55,403 bases of DNA from Betaproteobacteria bacterium. GTDB lineage: Bacteria > Pseudomonadota > Gammaproteobacteria > Burkholderiales > SG8-39. Positions 9,148 through 18,749 of the stretch are shown one piece after another. The stretch covers positions 1 to 55,403 of the forward strand of contig JBDTRO010000105.1 in the NCBI GenBank assembly GCA_039931635.1. The letters run 5' to 3'. The notes beneath the pieces are model-generated. The model saw only the letters and a program-made list of their open reading frames with translations. It ran no database searches and had not been told where the DNA came from. A program made the translations under genes and the position numbers. The number at the start of each line of letters is the position of its first letter. Position 1 is the first letter of the stretch.

Positions 9148-10221
9148 CTATTTTTTCGCCGCCGGCGCGGTGCCGAAGTCGAGGTCGTGGATGCCCTCGA
9201 GCTCGTCCTTGTATTTGGCGCGCACCGCGTCGAATTCCTTCACGACCTTCATGAAGGCGGCCACCACCGCGGGGTCGAACTGCTTGCCGGACTCGGCGTT
9301 TATTTTCTTCGCGGCGTCCATCGACGATATCGGGCTGCGGTGGCGCTGTGTCGAGGTCATCGCCTCGAAAGCGTCGGCGAGCGCCATGATGCGGCCCGGC
9401 ACCGGGATCACGCTGCCCTTGAGCTTGTTCGGATAGCCGGCGCCGTCCCAGCGCTCGTGGTGGGTGAGGGCCATGATGCGCGCCTGCTCGAGCAGCGGAT
9501 CCTTGTGCGCACCGATGATGTTGGCGCCGATTTCAGGGTGCTTGCGCACCTCTTCCCATTCCTTGTTGTTCAGCGCGTCGCTTTTCTTCAGGATGTGTTC
9601 GGCAACGCCCATCTTGCCGATGTCGTAGAGCGGCGCCGCCTGCGCCAGGATCTCCGTCACCCTGCCCTTGAGACCGAGCGCCTGCGACAGCAATTCGACG
9701 TATTCGCCGATGCGCAGCACGCGGTTGGTGAGCCCGCCTTCGCGGATCTCCATCGCGCGCGCGAGGCGCCGGATCAGCTCGAGGCGGGTGTCGTACAATT
9801 CCTCGGTGCGCTGCTGGATCTGTTCCTCGAGCGCGCGGCGCTGGTCCACCAGTGCGAGCTGGGTGCGAACGCGCAGCATCGTGATCGGCGCGCTGATCGG
9901 CTTGGTGATGTAGTCCACGGCACCCGCGAGCAGGCCCTTGGCCTGGTCCTTGGGGTCGCTGCGGGCGGTGACGAAGATCACCGGGATGTGCGCGAGCGCG
10001 GGGTTGGCCTTGAGCCGCGTGCAGACTTCGTAGCCGTCGAGTTCCGGCATCTCGACGTCCAGCAGGATCAGGTCGGGCAGCGGATCGGTGTCGGCGCCGG
10101 CGAGCGTCTCGTCGCTGTTGACCGCGTAGCGCACGTCGTAATTGGACTTGAGCATGATGCCGAACAGGTTGCGGATGTCCTCGGAATCATCCGCGACGAG
10201 GATCAGCGGTCGGTTGCCCAT
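9148..10221 (-). CDS. Two-component response regulator, REC + HD-GYP domain (degenerate HD)
   Basis: Start at MGNRPLILVADD (cat 10219-10221). REC motifs LLDVEMP, FVTA, ITKP. C-terminal HHERWDGAGYP, but YDIGK in place of HDIGK. Confidence 0.85.
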   Translation of the reverse strand: MGNRPLILVADDSEDIRNLFGIMLKSNYDVRYAVNSDETLAGADTDPLPDLILLDVEMPELDGYEVCTRLKANPALAHIPVIFVTARSDPKDQAKGLLAGAVDYITKPISAPITMLRVRTQLALVDQRRALEEQIQQRTEELYDTRLELIRRLARAMEIREGGLTNRVLRIGEYVELLSQALGLKGRVTEILAQAAPLYDIGKMGVAEHILKKSDALNNKEWEEVRKHPEIGANIIGAHKDPLLEQARIMALTHHERWDGAGYPNKLKGSVIPVPGRIMALADAFEAMTSTQRHRSPISSMDAAKKINAESGKQFDPAVVAAFMKVVKEFDAVRAKYKDELEGIHDLDFGTAPAAKK

Positions 10222-10232
10222 GGTGGCGGCGA

Positions 10233-11624
10233 TTATAGGCGCTTGCGCAGCTCTGTCTTGAGCACCTTGCCGTAATTGTTTTTCGGCAGCGCCGCGACGA
10301 AGCGGTAGTCCCTGGGCCGCTTGAAGCGCGCGATGCTCGCCAGGCAGAGCGCATCGAGTTCCTGAGGCGTCGTTTTTGCATTGAAAGATAAAACAATGAA
10401 TGCGACAACTTCCTCTCCCCATTCGGGATGCGGTTTCCCCACGACCGAGCATTCGGCGACCGCGGGATGGCGCAGCAGTACTTCCTCGATCTCGCGCGGG
10501 TAGATGTTCGAGCCCCCGGAGATGATCATGTCCTTGGAGCGGTCGTGGATCGTGAGGAAGCCCTGCGCGTCCATGCTGCCGATGTCTCCCGTGTGCAGCC
10601 ATCCCCCGCGCAGCGCCTGCCCGGTGGCATCGGGATTGCCCCAGTATCCCGCCATCACGCAATCCGAGCGCGTCACGATTTCGCCGGACTCCAGCACCTT
10701 CACTTCGACGCCGGTGCGGGCGTAGCCGCAGGTCTCGAGCTTCATCCGTTCCTGGTGGAATTCCTGCGGCAGGCCGGTGATCGTCATCGGGGCTTCGCCC
10801 TGCCCGAACAACTGGTACAGGCGCGCGCCGAACAGGTCGATGGCGCGCAGGGAATCGGCGACATACATCGGCGCGCCGCCGTAGGTGAGGGTCTTCAGGT
10901 GCGCCGGCGGGCGTGCCGCAGGGCTTGCCAGCAGGCGCACGATCATGGTCGGCGCGGCGAACAACGAAGAGTTCGGCCAGCGCTCCAGGAGGTCGAATAT
11001 TTCCGCCGCGTCGAAGCCGCCGCTCTCCGGGATGACATTGACGGCTCCGGCGGCGAAATGCGGCAGTCCGTACAGTCCGGAACCGTGCGACAGCGGTGCC
11101 GGATGCAGGATCGCGTCCTGCGGGCCGAGCTTGTCGATGTCCGCGAAGTAGGCCTGGACCGCGAACAGCAGGTTGCGGTGCGTGAGCATCGCGCCTTTGG
11201 GCACGCCGGTGGTGCCGCTGGTGTAGAACAGCCAGGCGAGGTCGTCGGGCGCCGTATCGGCGGGCTCGCGAGGTTCTCCTTTGAGGTCGGCGAATTCTTT
11301 CGGGTCGAAAAAGCAGGCCTTCGCGCCGCAATTGCCGACGATGTACTCGAACTCCTTCGCGTGCAGCTTGGCGTTCATCGGCACCGCGGCCAGACCTGCG
11401 TGCCAGCAGGCAAACAGCAGTTCCCAATACTGCGGGCAGTTCTTCATCGCCAGCGCCACGCGGTCACCGGGGGCCAGGTTGAATTTCGACACTAGTCCGG
11501 TGGCGAGTTCGGCAACTCGCCTGGCCAGGCGGCCATAGGAAGACCAGACCTTTCCGCCAACAGCAAGGGCAGGCCGGTCCGGAAGCCGTCGTGCGCTTTG
11601 CAGCAGCAGTTGCGCGATGTTCAT
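10233..11624 (-). CDS. AMP-dependent acyl-CoA synthetase/ligase (class I adenylate-forming enzyme)
   Basis: 463 aa with LFYTSGTTGVPKGAMLTHRNL, GYWGNPDAT, LHTGDIG, IISGGSNIYPREIEE and NNYGKVLK. Confidence 0.85.
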   Translation of the reverse strand: MNIAQLLLQSARRLPDRPALAVGGKVWSSYGRLARRVAELATGLVSKFNLAPGDRVALAMKNCPQYWELLFACWHAGLAAVPMNAKLHAKEFEYIVGNCGAKACFFDPKEFADLKGEPREPADTAPDDLAWLFYTSGTTGVPKGAMLTHRNLLFAVQAYFADIDKLGPQDAILHPAPLSHGSGLYGLPHFAAGAVNVIPESGGFDAAEIFDLLERWPNSSLFAAPTMIVRLLASPAARPPAHLKTLTYGGAPMYVADSLRAIDLFGARLYQLFGQGEAPMTITGLPQEFHQERMKLETCGYARTGVEVKVLESGEIVTRSDCVMAGYWGNPDATGQALRGGWLHTGDIGSMDAQGFLTIHDRSKDMIISGGSNIYPREIEEVLLRHPAVAECSVVGKPHPEWGEEVVAFIVLSFNAKTTPQELDALCLASIARFKRPRDYRFVAALPKNNYGKVLKTELRKRL

Positions 11625-12394
11625 GGCAATCCGAAAAACGCCTTCGCGTTGCGCGTCGTTTCTTCGGCCACCTGTTCGGGCGGTTTGCCGAGCGCGCGCG
11701 CGACAGTGCGCAGGATGTGCGGCAGGTGCGCGGGTTCATTCCTGCGCGCTTTCGGCTGCGGGCGCAGGTCGCGCGGCGTGAGGTAGGGCGAATCCGTTTC
11801 GAGCATCAGCCGGTCGGCGGGAATGTCGCGCACCAGTTCGAGCAGATGGGCGCCGCGGCGCTCGTCGCAGATCCAGCCGGTGATGCCGACATGGAGGCCG
11901 AGGTCGAGGTAGGCATGCAGTTCCGCTTTCTCGCCGGTGAAGCAATGCGCGACGGCCTTCGGCGGATTGTATTGCTTCAGTATTTCGCCAAAGCGCGGAA
12001 AAGCATCCCGGGAGTGAAGGAACAGCGGCTTTTTCACCTCGATGGCCAGCTCCAGCTGCGCGAGGAACCATTTTTCCTGGTCCGGGTGTGGCGAGTAGTT
12101 GCGGTTGAAGTCCAGGCCGCACTCGCCGATCGCGACCACGCGCGGGTTCTGTGCCAGCACGCGCAACGCGGGGATTGTGGTGGCGTCGCAGTCGCGCGCA
12201 TGGTGCGGATGGACACCTGCGGTCGCGTAAATCGTGTCCGTGGAAACCTGCAACGCGTTGACGCTTTCCGCCACGGACGTCCCGGTCACGACGATGGCGC
12301 TTACCCCTGACTGCTGCGCCCGTGCGAGCACCCCGGGCAAGTCCGCATGGAAGGCCGGGTGGGTAAGATTCGCACCTATATCAACGAGTTGCAT
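11621..12394 (-). CDS. tatD: TatD-family metal-dependent hydrolase/DNase
   Basis: Start at MQLVDIGANLTH (cat 12392-12394), matching the canonical TatD N-terminus. Motifs GVHPHH, IGECGLDF, FLHSRDA, HCFTG and ETDSPYL. Its stop overlaps the next gene's start by 4 nt. Confidence 0.85.
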   Translation of the reverse strand: MQLVDIGANLTHPAFHADLPGVLARAQQSGVSAIVVTGTSVAESVNALQVSTDTIYATAGVHPHHARDCDATTIPALRVLAQNPRVVAIGECGLDFNRNYSPHPDQEKWFLAQLELAIEVKKPLFLHSRDAFPRFGEILKQYNPPKAVAHCFTGEKAELHAYLDLGLHVGITGWICDERRGAHLLELVRDIPADRLMLETDSPYLTPRDLRPQPKARRNEPAHLPHILRTVARALGKPPEQVAEETTRNAKAFFGLP

Positions 12395-12419
12395 GGCGCG
12401 CGGAGTATACTCGCGCGCC

Positions 12420-13544
12420 ATGCCGCCTTCCGACGCCGCGCTCGAAATCCAGACTGTCGCGGGCGACCCGGTACCGGTGCGCGTGCGCGCCAGCGGTGCC
12501 TGGACTTTCAGCGGGCTCAAATCTCAGCGCGACCGGCTCGCACATTGCCTGGCCGAGTTGCGGCAGCAGCCTGCGGAGCGGGTCGCCTGGAATCTCTCGA
12601 CGATGGACGACCTGGATGACGCGGGCGCCGTCTGGCTGGCACATGCGCTGCATGGGGCGCAGCACGTGGAGGTCGCGCCGCGCCACCGTGAAATGCTCAA
12701 GCAGGTGAGCGAAGGCATGCTGGTGCTGCGCGAGCCGGTCAAATTCGACCCGCTCGCCGGCATCGTCTGGACGGGTCAGACCGCCGCGTACGCGGTGGTC
12801 CATTTGCGCGACGGCATCATCCTGCTCGGCCAGCTCGCGCTCGACATCGCCGGCATGGTGCGCCGGCCGCGCGAGTTTCCGCTGCGCGAATTTTCCGCCG
12901 GAATATTCCGCGCCGGCGTGACTGCGCTGCCGGTGACGATGCTGGTGGGCTTCCTGGTCGGCATCGTGCTCACCTATCTTTCCGCACTGCAACTCAAGCG
13001 CTACGGCGCGGACCTGCTGGTGATCAACATCGTGGGTGTGGGCGTGGTGCGCGAACTGGGGCCGATGCTGGCCTCGATCATTTCGGCCGGGCGCTCCGGC
13101 TCCGCAATCACGGCGCAGCTGGGCGTGATGCGCGTCACCGAGGAGGTGGAGGCGCTCTCGGTGATGGGAATCTCGGTCACCGCCCGCCTGGTGCTGCCGC
13201 GCGTGCTGGCGCTGGCGATTGCGCTGCCGCTGGTTTCGTTCTGCACCGACATCGCCGCGCTGGTGGGCGCGATGCTGGTCACCAAATTCACGCTCGGCAT
13301 CACGCCGGGCGCCTTCATCCAGGCGCTGCCGCAGGCGGTGGAGGTGGTGAACTTCTGGATCGGCATCGGCAAGTCGGTGGCGTTCGGCTTCGCGGTGGCT
13401 TTCGTCGCCTGCCACTATGGCCTGCGGGTGCTGCCCAACACCGACAGCCTGGCGGTCGGCGTCACGCGCTCGGTGGTGGCGGCGATCACCTGCGTGATCA
13501 TTCTCGACGCGATCTTCGCCATCATGCTGCGCAACCTGGGTTGA
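12420..13544 (+). CDS. MlaE-family ABC transporter permease with ~120-aa N-terminal cytoplasmic extension
   Basis: The C-terminal ~255 aa are a typical MlaE permease (VRELGPMLASIISAGRSGSAITAQLGVMRVTEEVEAL). The start is ambiguous (ATG 12420 chosen; ATG 12393 is also in frame). Confidence 0.8.
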   Translation: MPPSDAALEIQTVAGDPVPVRVRASGAWTFSGLKSQRDRLAHCLAELRQQPAERVAWNLSTMDDLDDAGAVWLAHALHGAQHVEVAPRHREMLKQVSEGMLVLREPVKFDPLAGIVWTGQTAAYAVVHLRDGIILLGQLALDIAGMVRRPREFPLREFSAGIFRAGVTALPVTMLVGFLVGIVLTYLSALQLKRYGADLLVINIVGVGVVRELGPMLASIISAGRSGSAITAQLGVMRVTEEVEALSVMGISVTARLVLPRVLALAIALPLVSFCTDIAALVGAMLVTKFTLGITPGAFIQALPQAVEVVNFWIGIGKSVAFGFAVAFVACHYGLRVLPNTDSLAVGVTRSVVAAITCVIILDAIFAIMLRNLG

Positions 13545-13545
13545 C

Positions 13546-14319
13546 ATGGCCGACGAGCAATACGTCATCGAGATCAAGGGCCTGGTCAACACGGTGGGCT
13601 CGGGGACGATCCTGCATCGCGACCTCGACCTGCAGGTGCGCCGCGACGAAGTCATGTCGCTGGTGGGCGGATCCGGCAGCGGCAAGACACAGCTGGTGCG
13701 CGTCATCCTGGGCCTGAAACGGCCCAAGGCGGGGATGGTGCGCGTGTTCGGCGTTTCCTGGGACGATCCCAGCGCGAAAAAGGTGCGCGACGCGCGCCGG
13801 CGCATGGGCATGCTGTTCCAGAACGGCGCGCTGTATTCCGCGCTTACCGTGTACGACAACATCGCGTTCCCGCTGCGCGAGCGCGGCGGGCTGGAAGAGG
13901 ACGAGATCCGCGGCATCGTGCATACCAAGCTCGCGCAGGTGGAACTGGGGCCGAACCACGGCAAGCTGCTGCCGGCCAATCTTTCGGGCGGGATGGTGAA
14001 GCGCGTATCGCTCGCGCGGGCGCTCGCGCTGTCCCCCGACCTGCTGATCCTGGACGAGCCCACGGCCGGCCTCGACCCGGACCGCTCCGAGGGTTTCGTG
14101 CGGCTGATCAAGCGCCTGCGGGAAGTCCACCGTTTTGCCGTCGTCATGGTGACCCACGATCTGGACACGCTGTTCGAACTGACGGACCGCGTCGCGGTGC
14201 TCGCCGACCAGCATATAATCGCCTGCGATACGCTCGAAGCGGTACGCGGGCTGGACCACAAGTTCGTACAAAACTTTTTCGGAGGAGACCGGGGACGCCG
14301 CGCCTTGCAGCACGGCTGA
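13546..14319 (+). CDS. ABC transporter ATP-binding protein (MlaF-like)
   Basis: Walker A GGSGSGKT, signature LSGGMVKRV, Walker B LLILDEPTAGLD. Starts 2 nt after the permease stop. Confidence 0.9.
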   Translation: MADEQYVIEIKGLVNTVGSGTILHRDLDLQVRRDEVMSLVGGSGSGKTQLVRVILGLKRPKAGMVRVFGVSWDDPSAKKVRDARRRMGMLFQNGALYSALTVYDNIAFPLRERGGLEEDEIRGIVHTKLAQVELGPNHGKLLPANLSGGMVKRVSLARALALSPDLLILDEPTAGLDPDRSEGFVRLIKRLREVHRFAVVMVTHDLDTLFELTDRVAVLADQHIIACDTLEAVRGLDHKFVQNFFGGDRGRRALQHG

Positions 14320-14337
14320 CAACCCCGGCAGGTAAAC

Positions 14338-15279
14338 ATGGAAAGCAGGGCGTACGCGCTGATCACCGGCCTGTTCGTGCTGGGCATTGCCGGCGCCATC
14401 GTGCTCTGGGCGCATTGGCTGGCGAAGACGCCGATCGCGCGCACCGCTTATCGCGTCGTTGCCACCGGGCCGGTGTCGGGCCTGAACCCGGAAGCGCAGG
14501 TGCGCTACCGCGGCATGGGCGTGGGCCGCGTCTCCGCCATCGGGCTGGACCAGAAGGATCCGCGCCGCATCCTGGTGAGCATCGAGGTGGACGACAACAT
14601 CCCGGTGACGCGCGGTACCTACGCGCAACTGGGCATGGAAGGCATCACCGGCATCGCCTACGTGCACCTGCTGGACGACTACAAGGATATGCAGTTGGCG
14701 GCCAAGGCGGCCGATGGCGTCGCCGAATTGCCGTTGCGGCCCGCGTTCTTCGACACCCTCTCCGACAGCGCCGAAGGCGCGGTGAAGGATGCACGCGAGC
14801 TGATGATGAGCCTGAACGGTCTGATTACGCCCGACAACCGCAAGCGCATCGCCACCACGCTCGCGTCCCTTGAGCGCATTTCGGCGAACCTCGAGACCGC
14901 GTCCGCGCGCATGCCGCAGACCATCGCGCGCGCCGAGGCCTGGCTCTCCGAGGACAACCGCAAGCTGGCGACGGGCTCACTGGAGCACATCAACGAGACC
15001 GTCAAGGCGCTGCCCGAACTCACGCGCGAAACGCAGCAGCTGGTGAAGGATGCGCGCGAACTGGTCGGGCAGGTGGGCAGGCTCTCCGGCGAGGCGAGCG
15101 GCGCCGCCGGCGCCGTTCGCGACGACACCCTGCCGCGCGTCAACGCGCTCGCCGAGACGGTCGAGCGCAGCGCGCAAAGAGTCGGGCGCCTCGCGCTGCA
15201 GCTCGACCGCGATCCGCAAAGCGCCATCTTCGGCCGCAAGCCCGGCAAGCCCGGGCCCGGCGAACCGGGATTCCAATGA
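14338..15279 (+). CDS. MCE/MlaD-family substrate-binding protein
   Basis: N-terminal TM anchor (ALITGLFVLGIAGAIVLW), then an MCE domain (GLNPEAQVRYRGMGVGRVSAIGLD) and a long helical C-terminus. Confidence 0.85.
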   Translation: MESRAYALITGLFVLGIAGAIVLWAHWLAKTPIARTAYRVVATGPVSGLNPEAQVRYRGMGVGRVSAIGLDQKDPRRILVSIEVDDNIPVTRGTYAQLGMEGITGIAYVHLLDDYKDMQLAAKAADGVAELPLRPAFFDTLSDSAEGAVKDARELMMSLNGLITPDNRKRIATTLASLERISANLETASARMPQTIARAEAWLSEDNRKLATGSLEHINETVKALPELTRETQQLVKDARELVGQVGRLSGEASGAAGAVRDDTLPRVNALAETVERSAQRVGRLALQLDRDPQSAIFGRKPGKPGPGEPGFQ

Positions 15280-15818
15280 AACAGACTGCCTGGCTTGTGC
15301 TTCTGGTGTTGGGCGGGTGCGGCGGTGCAGCCGCGCCGGAGCCACGCAGCTTCGATCTCGGTCTCTCCGCCCCGGGCACTGCGCTGCCCGCCGTGCGCAT
15401 CGCGACGGTGCGCGCGGTCGCGCCTTTCGAAGCGATCGACATGCAGTACCGGCTCGCGTACCGCAACGCAGCCGAGATCGCCACTTTCAGCGGCAGTCGC
15501 TGGGCTGCTTCGCCCGCAGAATTGTTGCGCAAGCAGCTGTTGCGCGCCTCGAACGAAAAGCCCGGCAAATGCGCGCTGGACGTCGAAATCCAGGAATTCA
15601 CGCAGGTGTTCTCCGCCAAGGACGCGAGCGAGGCGCGCATCGAACTGCGCGCCTGGCTGGGTGTTACCGGCGCGCGTGCCGTATCGCGCGGCTGGAGCGT
15701 GGTCGAGCCCAACGCGGGCGCCGACGCGGCTTCGGGTGCCGCGGCCCTCGCGCGCGCAACCGACCGTGCGATCGGCGAACTGGGCGTCTGGATCGCCGCG
15801 CAGTCGGACTGCCGCTAG
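15276..15818 (+). CDS. ABC-type transport auxiliary lipoprotein (PqiC/YmbA-like)
   Basis: Lipobox LVLGGC. 180 aa. 4-nt overlap with the MCE gene. This is the fourth gene of the usual permease-ATPase-MCE-lipoprotein arrangement. Confidence 0.7.
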   Translation: MKQTAWLVLLVLGGCGGAAAPEPRSFDLGLSAPGTALPAVRIATVRAVAPFEAIDMQYRLAYRNAAEIATFSGSRWAASPAELLRKQLLRASNEKPGKCALDVEIQEFTQVFSAKDASEARIELRAWLGVTGARAVSRGWSVVEPNAGADAASGAAALARATDRAIGELGVWIAAQSDCR

Positions 15819-18349
15819 AGTCTTTTCAGCCGGTACAGCAGTTCGAGGGCCTCGCGCGGGGTGAGTTCGTCCGGATTGACGCCCTGCAGCGCTTCGCGCA
15901 GCAGGTCGGCCTCCGGTTGTTCCGGTTTTCCTTCAATCGAGAATAAATCATCCTGGCCGCCGCGCTGGAGGCTCTGCGCCTCGAGCATCTCCAGATATTT
16001 TTTGGCCTGGCGGATCACGGGCTTCGGCACGCCGGCGAGCGCCGCCACCTGCAGGCCGTAGCTGCGGTCGGCGGGGCCTTCCTCCACGGCGTGCAGGAAC
16101 ACGATGCTGTCCCTGTGCTCCACGGCGTCCAGGTGGATGTTCGCCACGGCCTTGTATTCCAGCGCGAGGCGCGTGAGCTCGAAGTAATGGGTGGCGAACA
16201 GCGTCAGCGACTTGCTCTTGTCGAGGATGAACTTTCCGATCGCCCACGCCAGCGACAGCCCATCGAAGGTGGAGGTGCCGCGGCCGATCTCGTCCATCAG
16301 CACCAGGCTGGAGGCGGTGGCGTTGTGCAGGATGTTGGCGCTCTCCGTCATCTCCACCATGAACGTCGACCGGCCGCCCGCCAGATCGTCCGAAGCGCCG
16401 ACGCGGGTGTAGATCTGGTCCAGCGGCCCAATACAGGCTTTACGTGCCGGCACGAAGCAGCCGGTATGCGCCATGAGTGCGATCAGCGCGACCTGGCGCA
16501 TGTAGGTGGACTTGCCGCCCATGTTCGGGCCGGTGATCAGCAGCAGTTGGCGTGCCGGCGAGAGCCTGCAGTCGTTGGCGATGAAAGGATCGACCAGCGC
16601 TTCGACAACCGGATGTCTGCCGGCTTCAATTTCCAGCGTGGTTTCGGCCTTGAACTCCGGTCGGCAGTAGTTGCGCCGTGCCGCAATCCCCGAGAAGCAG
16701 CACAGTACGTCCAGCTGCGCCAGCGCGCGCGCAATCGTTTGCAGGGCCTTTACGTGCGTCCCGAGGTTGTCGAGAACCGCGTCATAAAGTGTCTTCTCCA
16801 TCGCCAGCGAACGGTCGCGCGCCGACAGCGCCTTGTCCTCGAAGGTCTTCAGCTCCGGCGTGATGTAGCGCTCGGCATTCTTCAGCGTCTGGCGCCGCCG
16901 GTAGTCTTCGGGCACCTTCTGCGCCTGCGCGTTCGTGACTTCGATGTAGTAGCCGTGGACGTGGTTGTACGCGACGCGAAGATTCGGGATGCCTGTTCTG
17001 TCTCTTTCTTTTTTTTCCATGGAAATCAGAAAATCACTAGCATTCGTCTGCAGGCCGCGCAACTCGTCAAGCTCGGCCGAGTAGCCGTCGGCAATCACGC
17101 CGCCGTCGCGCACCATTGCCGAGGGTTCGGGCGCGATCGCCCTGACCAGGAGTGCCAGGGTTTCGGCGGGCGTTTGCAGTTGTTCCTGCAGCGCTTTCAG
17201 CAGGCCGGCCGAAGCGGGCACCGCGGATCTCAGATCGGCCAGCAGATGCAGGCTTTCCCGGAGACCGGAAAGATCGCGCGGCCGTGCGTTCTTCAGCGCG
17301 ATGCGCGATGCAATGCGCTCCACGTCTGCGAAGCGGCGCAAAACTGTTTTTATTTCTTGATTTTTTTCCAGAAGACTTTCCACTGCATCGTGCCGGGACA
17401 CGAGGACGGCCTGGTCCCGCAGCGGGTGATGCAGCCAGTGGCGCAGCAGCCGGCTGCCCATGCCGGTGGCGCATTCGTCCAGCAGCGAAAAGAGGGTGGG
17501 CGCGGGTTCGCCGCGCAGGGTTTCGGTGATTTCGAGATTGCGCCGCGTAGCTGCGTCCATGCGAAGGTATTCGCCCGCGCGCTCGGCGCGTACCGCGACG
17601 ACGTGCGCCAGCCCCTGTCCTTGCGTCTTTTTTGCGTAGTCGAGCAGCGCGCCGCAGGCCGCGATCGCCGGCTCCATGTCCTCCACCCCGAAGCCGGCGA
17701 GAGTGGAGGCGCCCAGTTGTTCGAGCAGGCGCTTTTTCCCCGCCTCGAATTCGAATTGCCAGGCGGGCAGGCGCGTCACCGTATAGCCCGAAAGTTCCAG
17801 GCCTTCCGCGGCCAGTACCTCGGCAGGAGCGATACGGCGCAACTCGTTGTCCAGCGCCTGGGGCGCCACCTCGGCGACGCGCAGCTCGCCGCTGGCAAGG
17901 GAGAGCCAGGCAAGTCCTATGGAAGATTTTTCTTTCGAAATAGATAACAAAACACTATCGGCTTTCTCATCCAGCAGCGCCGGATCGGTCAGGGTCCCCG
18001 GCGTGACGATCCGCGTGACCTCGCGATCGACCGGGCCTTTCGCCGTCGCGACATCGCCGACCTGCTCGCAGATCGCCACCGACTCGCCCATCTTCACGAG
18101 CTTGGCGAGGTACTGCTCCACCGAGTTCACCGGCACGCCCGCCATCTTCACCGGCGCGCCCGCCGACTGCCCGCGCGCGGTCAGCGTCAGGTCGAGCAGC
18201 CGCGACCCCTTCTCAGCGTCGTCGTAGAACAGCTCGTAGAAATCCCCCATCCGGTAGAACATCAGGATGTCGGGGTTCTGCGCTTTCAGGCGCAGGTACT
18301 GCTGCATCATCGGGGTGTGGGCGGCGGAGGAAGAGCCCGGGTCCTTCAT
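15815..18349 (-). CDS. mutS: DNA mismatch repair protein MutS
   Basis: Start at [22 protein letters not shown] (cat 18347-18349). Motifs [11 protein letters not shown], Walker [26 protein letters not shown] and FATHYFELT. Confidence 0.95.
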   Translation of the reverse strand: MKDPGSSSAAHTPMMQQYLRLKAQNPDILMFYRMGDFYELFYDDAEKGSRLLDLTLTARGQSAGAPVKMAGVPVNSVEQYLAKLVKMGESVAICEQVGDVATAKGPVDREVTRIVTPGTLTDPALLDEKADSVLLSISKEKSSIGLAWLSLASGELRVAEVAPQALDNELRRIAPAEVLAAEGLELSGYTVTRLPAWQFEFEAGKKRLLEQLGASTLAGFGVEDMEPAIAACGALLDYAKKTQGQGLAHVVAVRAERAGEYLRMDAATRRNLEITETLRGEPAPTLFSLLDECATGMGSRLLRHWLHHPLRDQAVLVSRHDAVESLLEKNQEIKTVLRRFADVERIASRIALKNARPRDLSGLRESLHLLADLRSAVPASAGLLKALQEQLQTPAETLALLVRAIAPEPSAMVRDGGVIADGYSAELDELRGLQTNASDFLISMEKKERDRTGIPNLRVAYNHVHGYYIEVTNAQAQKVPEDYRRRQTLKNAERYITPELKTFEDKALSARDRSLAMEKTLYDAVLDNLGTHVKALQTIARALAQLDVLCCFSGIAARRNYCRPEFKAETTLEIEAGRHPVVEALVDPFIANDCRLSPARQLLLITGPNMGGKSTYMRQVALIALMAHTGCFVPARKACIGPLDQIYTRVGASDDLAGGRSTFMVEMTESANILHNATASSLVLMDEIGRGTSTFDGLSLAWAIGKFILDKSKSLTLFATHYFELTRLALEYKAVANIHLDAVEHRDSIVFLHAVEEGPADRSYGLQVAALAGVPKPVIRQAKKYLEMLEAQSLQRGGQDDLFSIEGKPEQPEADLLREALQGVNPDELTPREALELLYRLKRL

Positions 18350-18741
18350 GGAATTTCCAGATAGTCGCGTAGCGTGAGCAGGCGGATATTCTCGTAGCTT
18401 TTCAGCGCGAGCAGGATCTTGTCTCCCGTCACAATGGCTGCGGCGCGACCAGTGACGGCGCACTCGAGTATCCTGTTGTCGGGCTCGTCGCTCACGACGT
18501 GCAGCCGGCGCTTCGGCGCGACGAATACGGCCAGTTCAGTAAGGAACACCGCGACATGCGCCAGTTCTTCTGCGTCGCGCGCGAATTTGCGGCCGAGCAC
18601 GGAAAGAAGCTCATCGAGAATCGGCCGGGACAGGACAAGCTGGTCGGTCTCCTCAATGATTCGGCGCAGGGCAGCTTCGCCCTGGCCGCCCGGAAATACC
18701 AGGGCCGAAACCAGGATGTTGGTGTCGAAAACGACCCGCAC
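18346..18741 (-). CDS. PIN-domain toxin (PIN_3-type putative TA toxin)
   Basis: 131 aa. [25 protein letters not shown] and IVTGDK supply the acidic PIN residues. Its stop TGA overlaps the mutS ATG. Confidence 0.8.
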   Translation of the reverse strand: MRVVFDTNILVSALVFPGGQGEAALRRIIEETDQLVLSRPILDELLSVLGRKFARDAEELAHVAVFLTELAVFVAPKRRLHVVSDEPDNRILECAVTGRAAAIVTGDKILLALKSYENIRLLTLRDYLEIP

Positions 18742-18749
18742 TTGCGCAC

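Noticed and set aside
9148-11427. 5'-extended versions of real genes in the ORF track, e.g. 9148-11427, 7561-9036, 32634-34337, 24802-26286, 46993-48975, 15815-18463, 19477-22320, 8026-9141 and 45684-46982.
   Set aside because: The upstream portions overlap neighbouring well-supported genes out of frame or antisense, and they translate to junk. Internal starts reproduce canonical N-termini (e.g. [31 protein letters not shown]...MMQQYLRLK).
12381-14444. Very long ORFs antisense to real genes: 12381-14444 (687 aa, opposite mlaE/mlaF), 16091-17947 (opposite mutS), 19669-21258 (opposite ppc), 27550-28890 (opposite hscA), 31333-32745 (opposite the TssL-like gene) and 52896-54578 (opposite hcrA).
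   Set aside because: Their translations are Arg/Ala/Gly/His-rich low-complexity strings with no recognisable motifs, while the opposite strand encodes clearly conserved proteins. Stop-codon scarcity in high-G+C DNA explains them.
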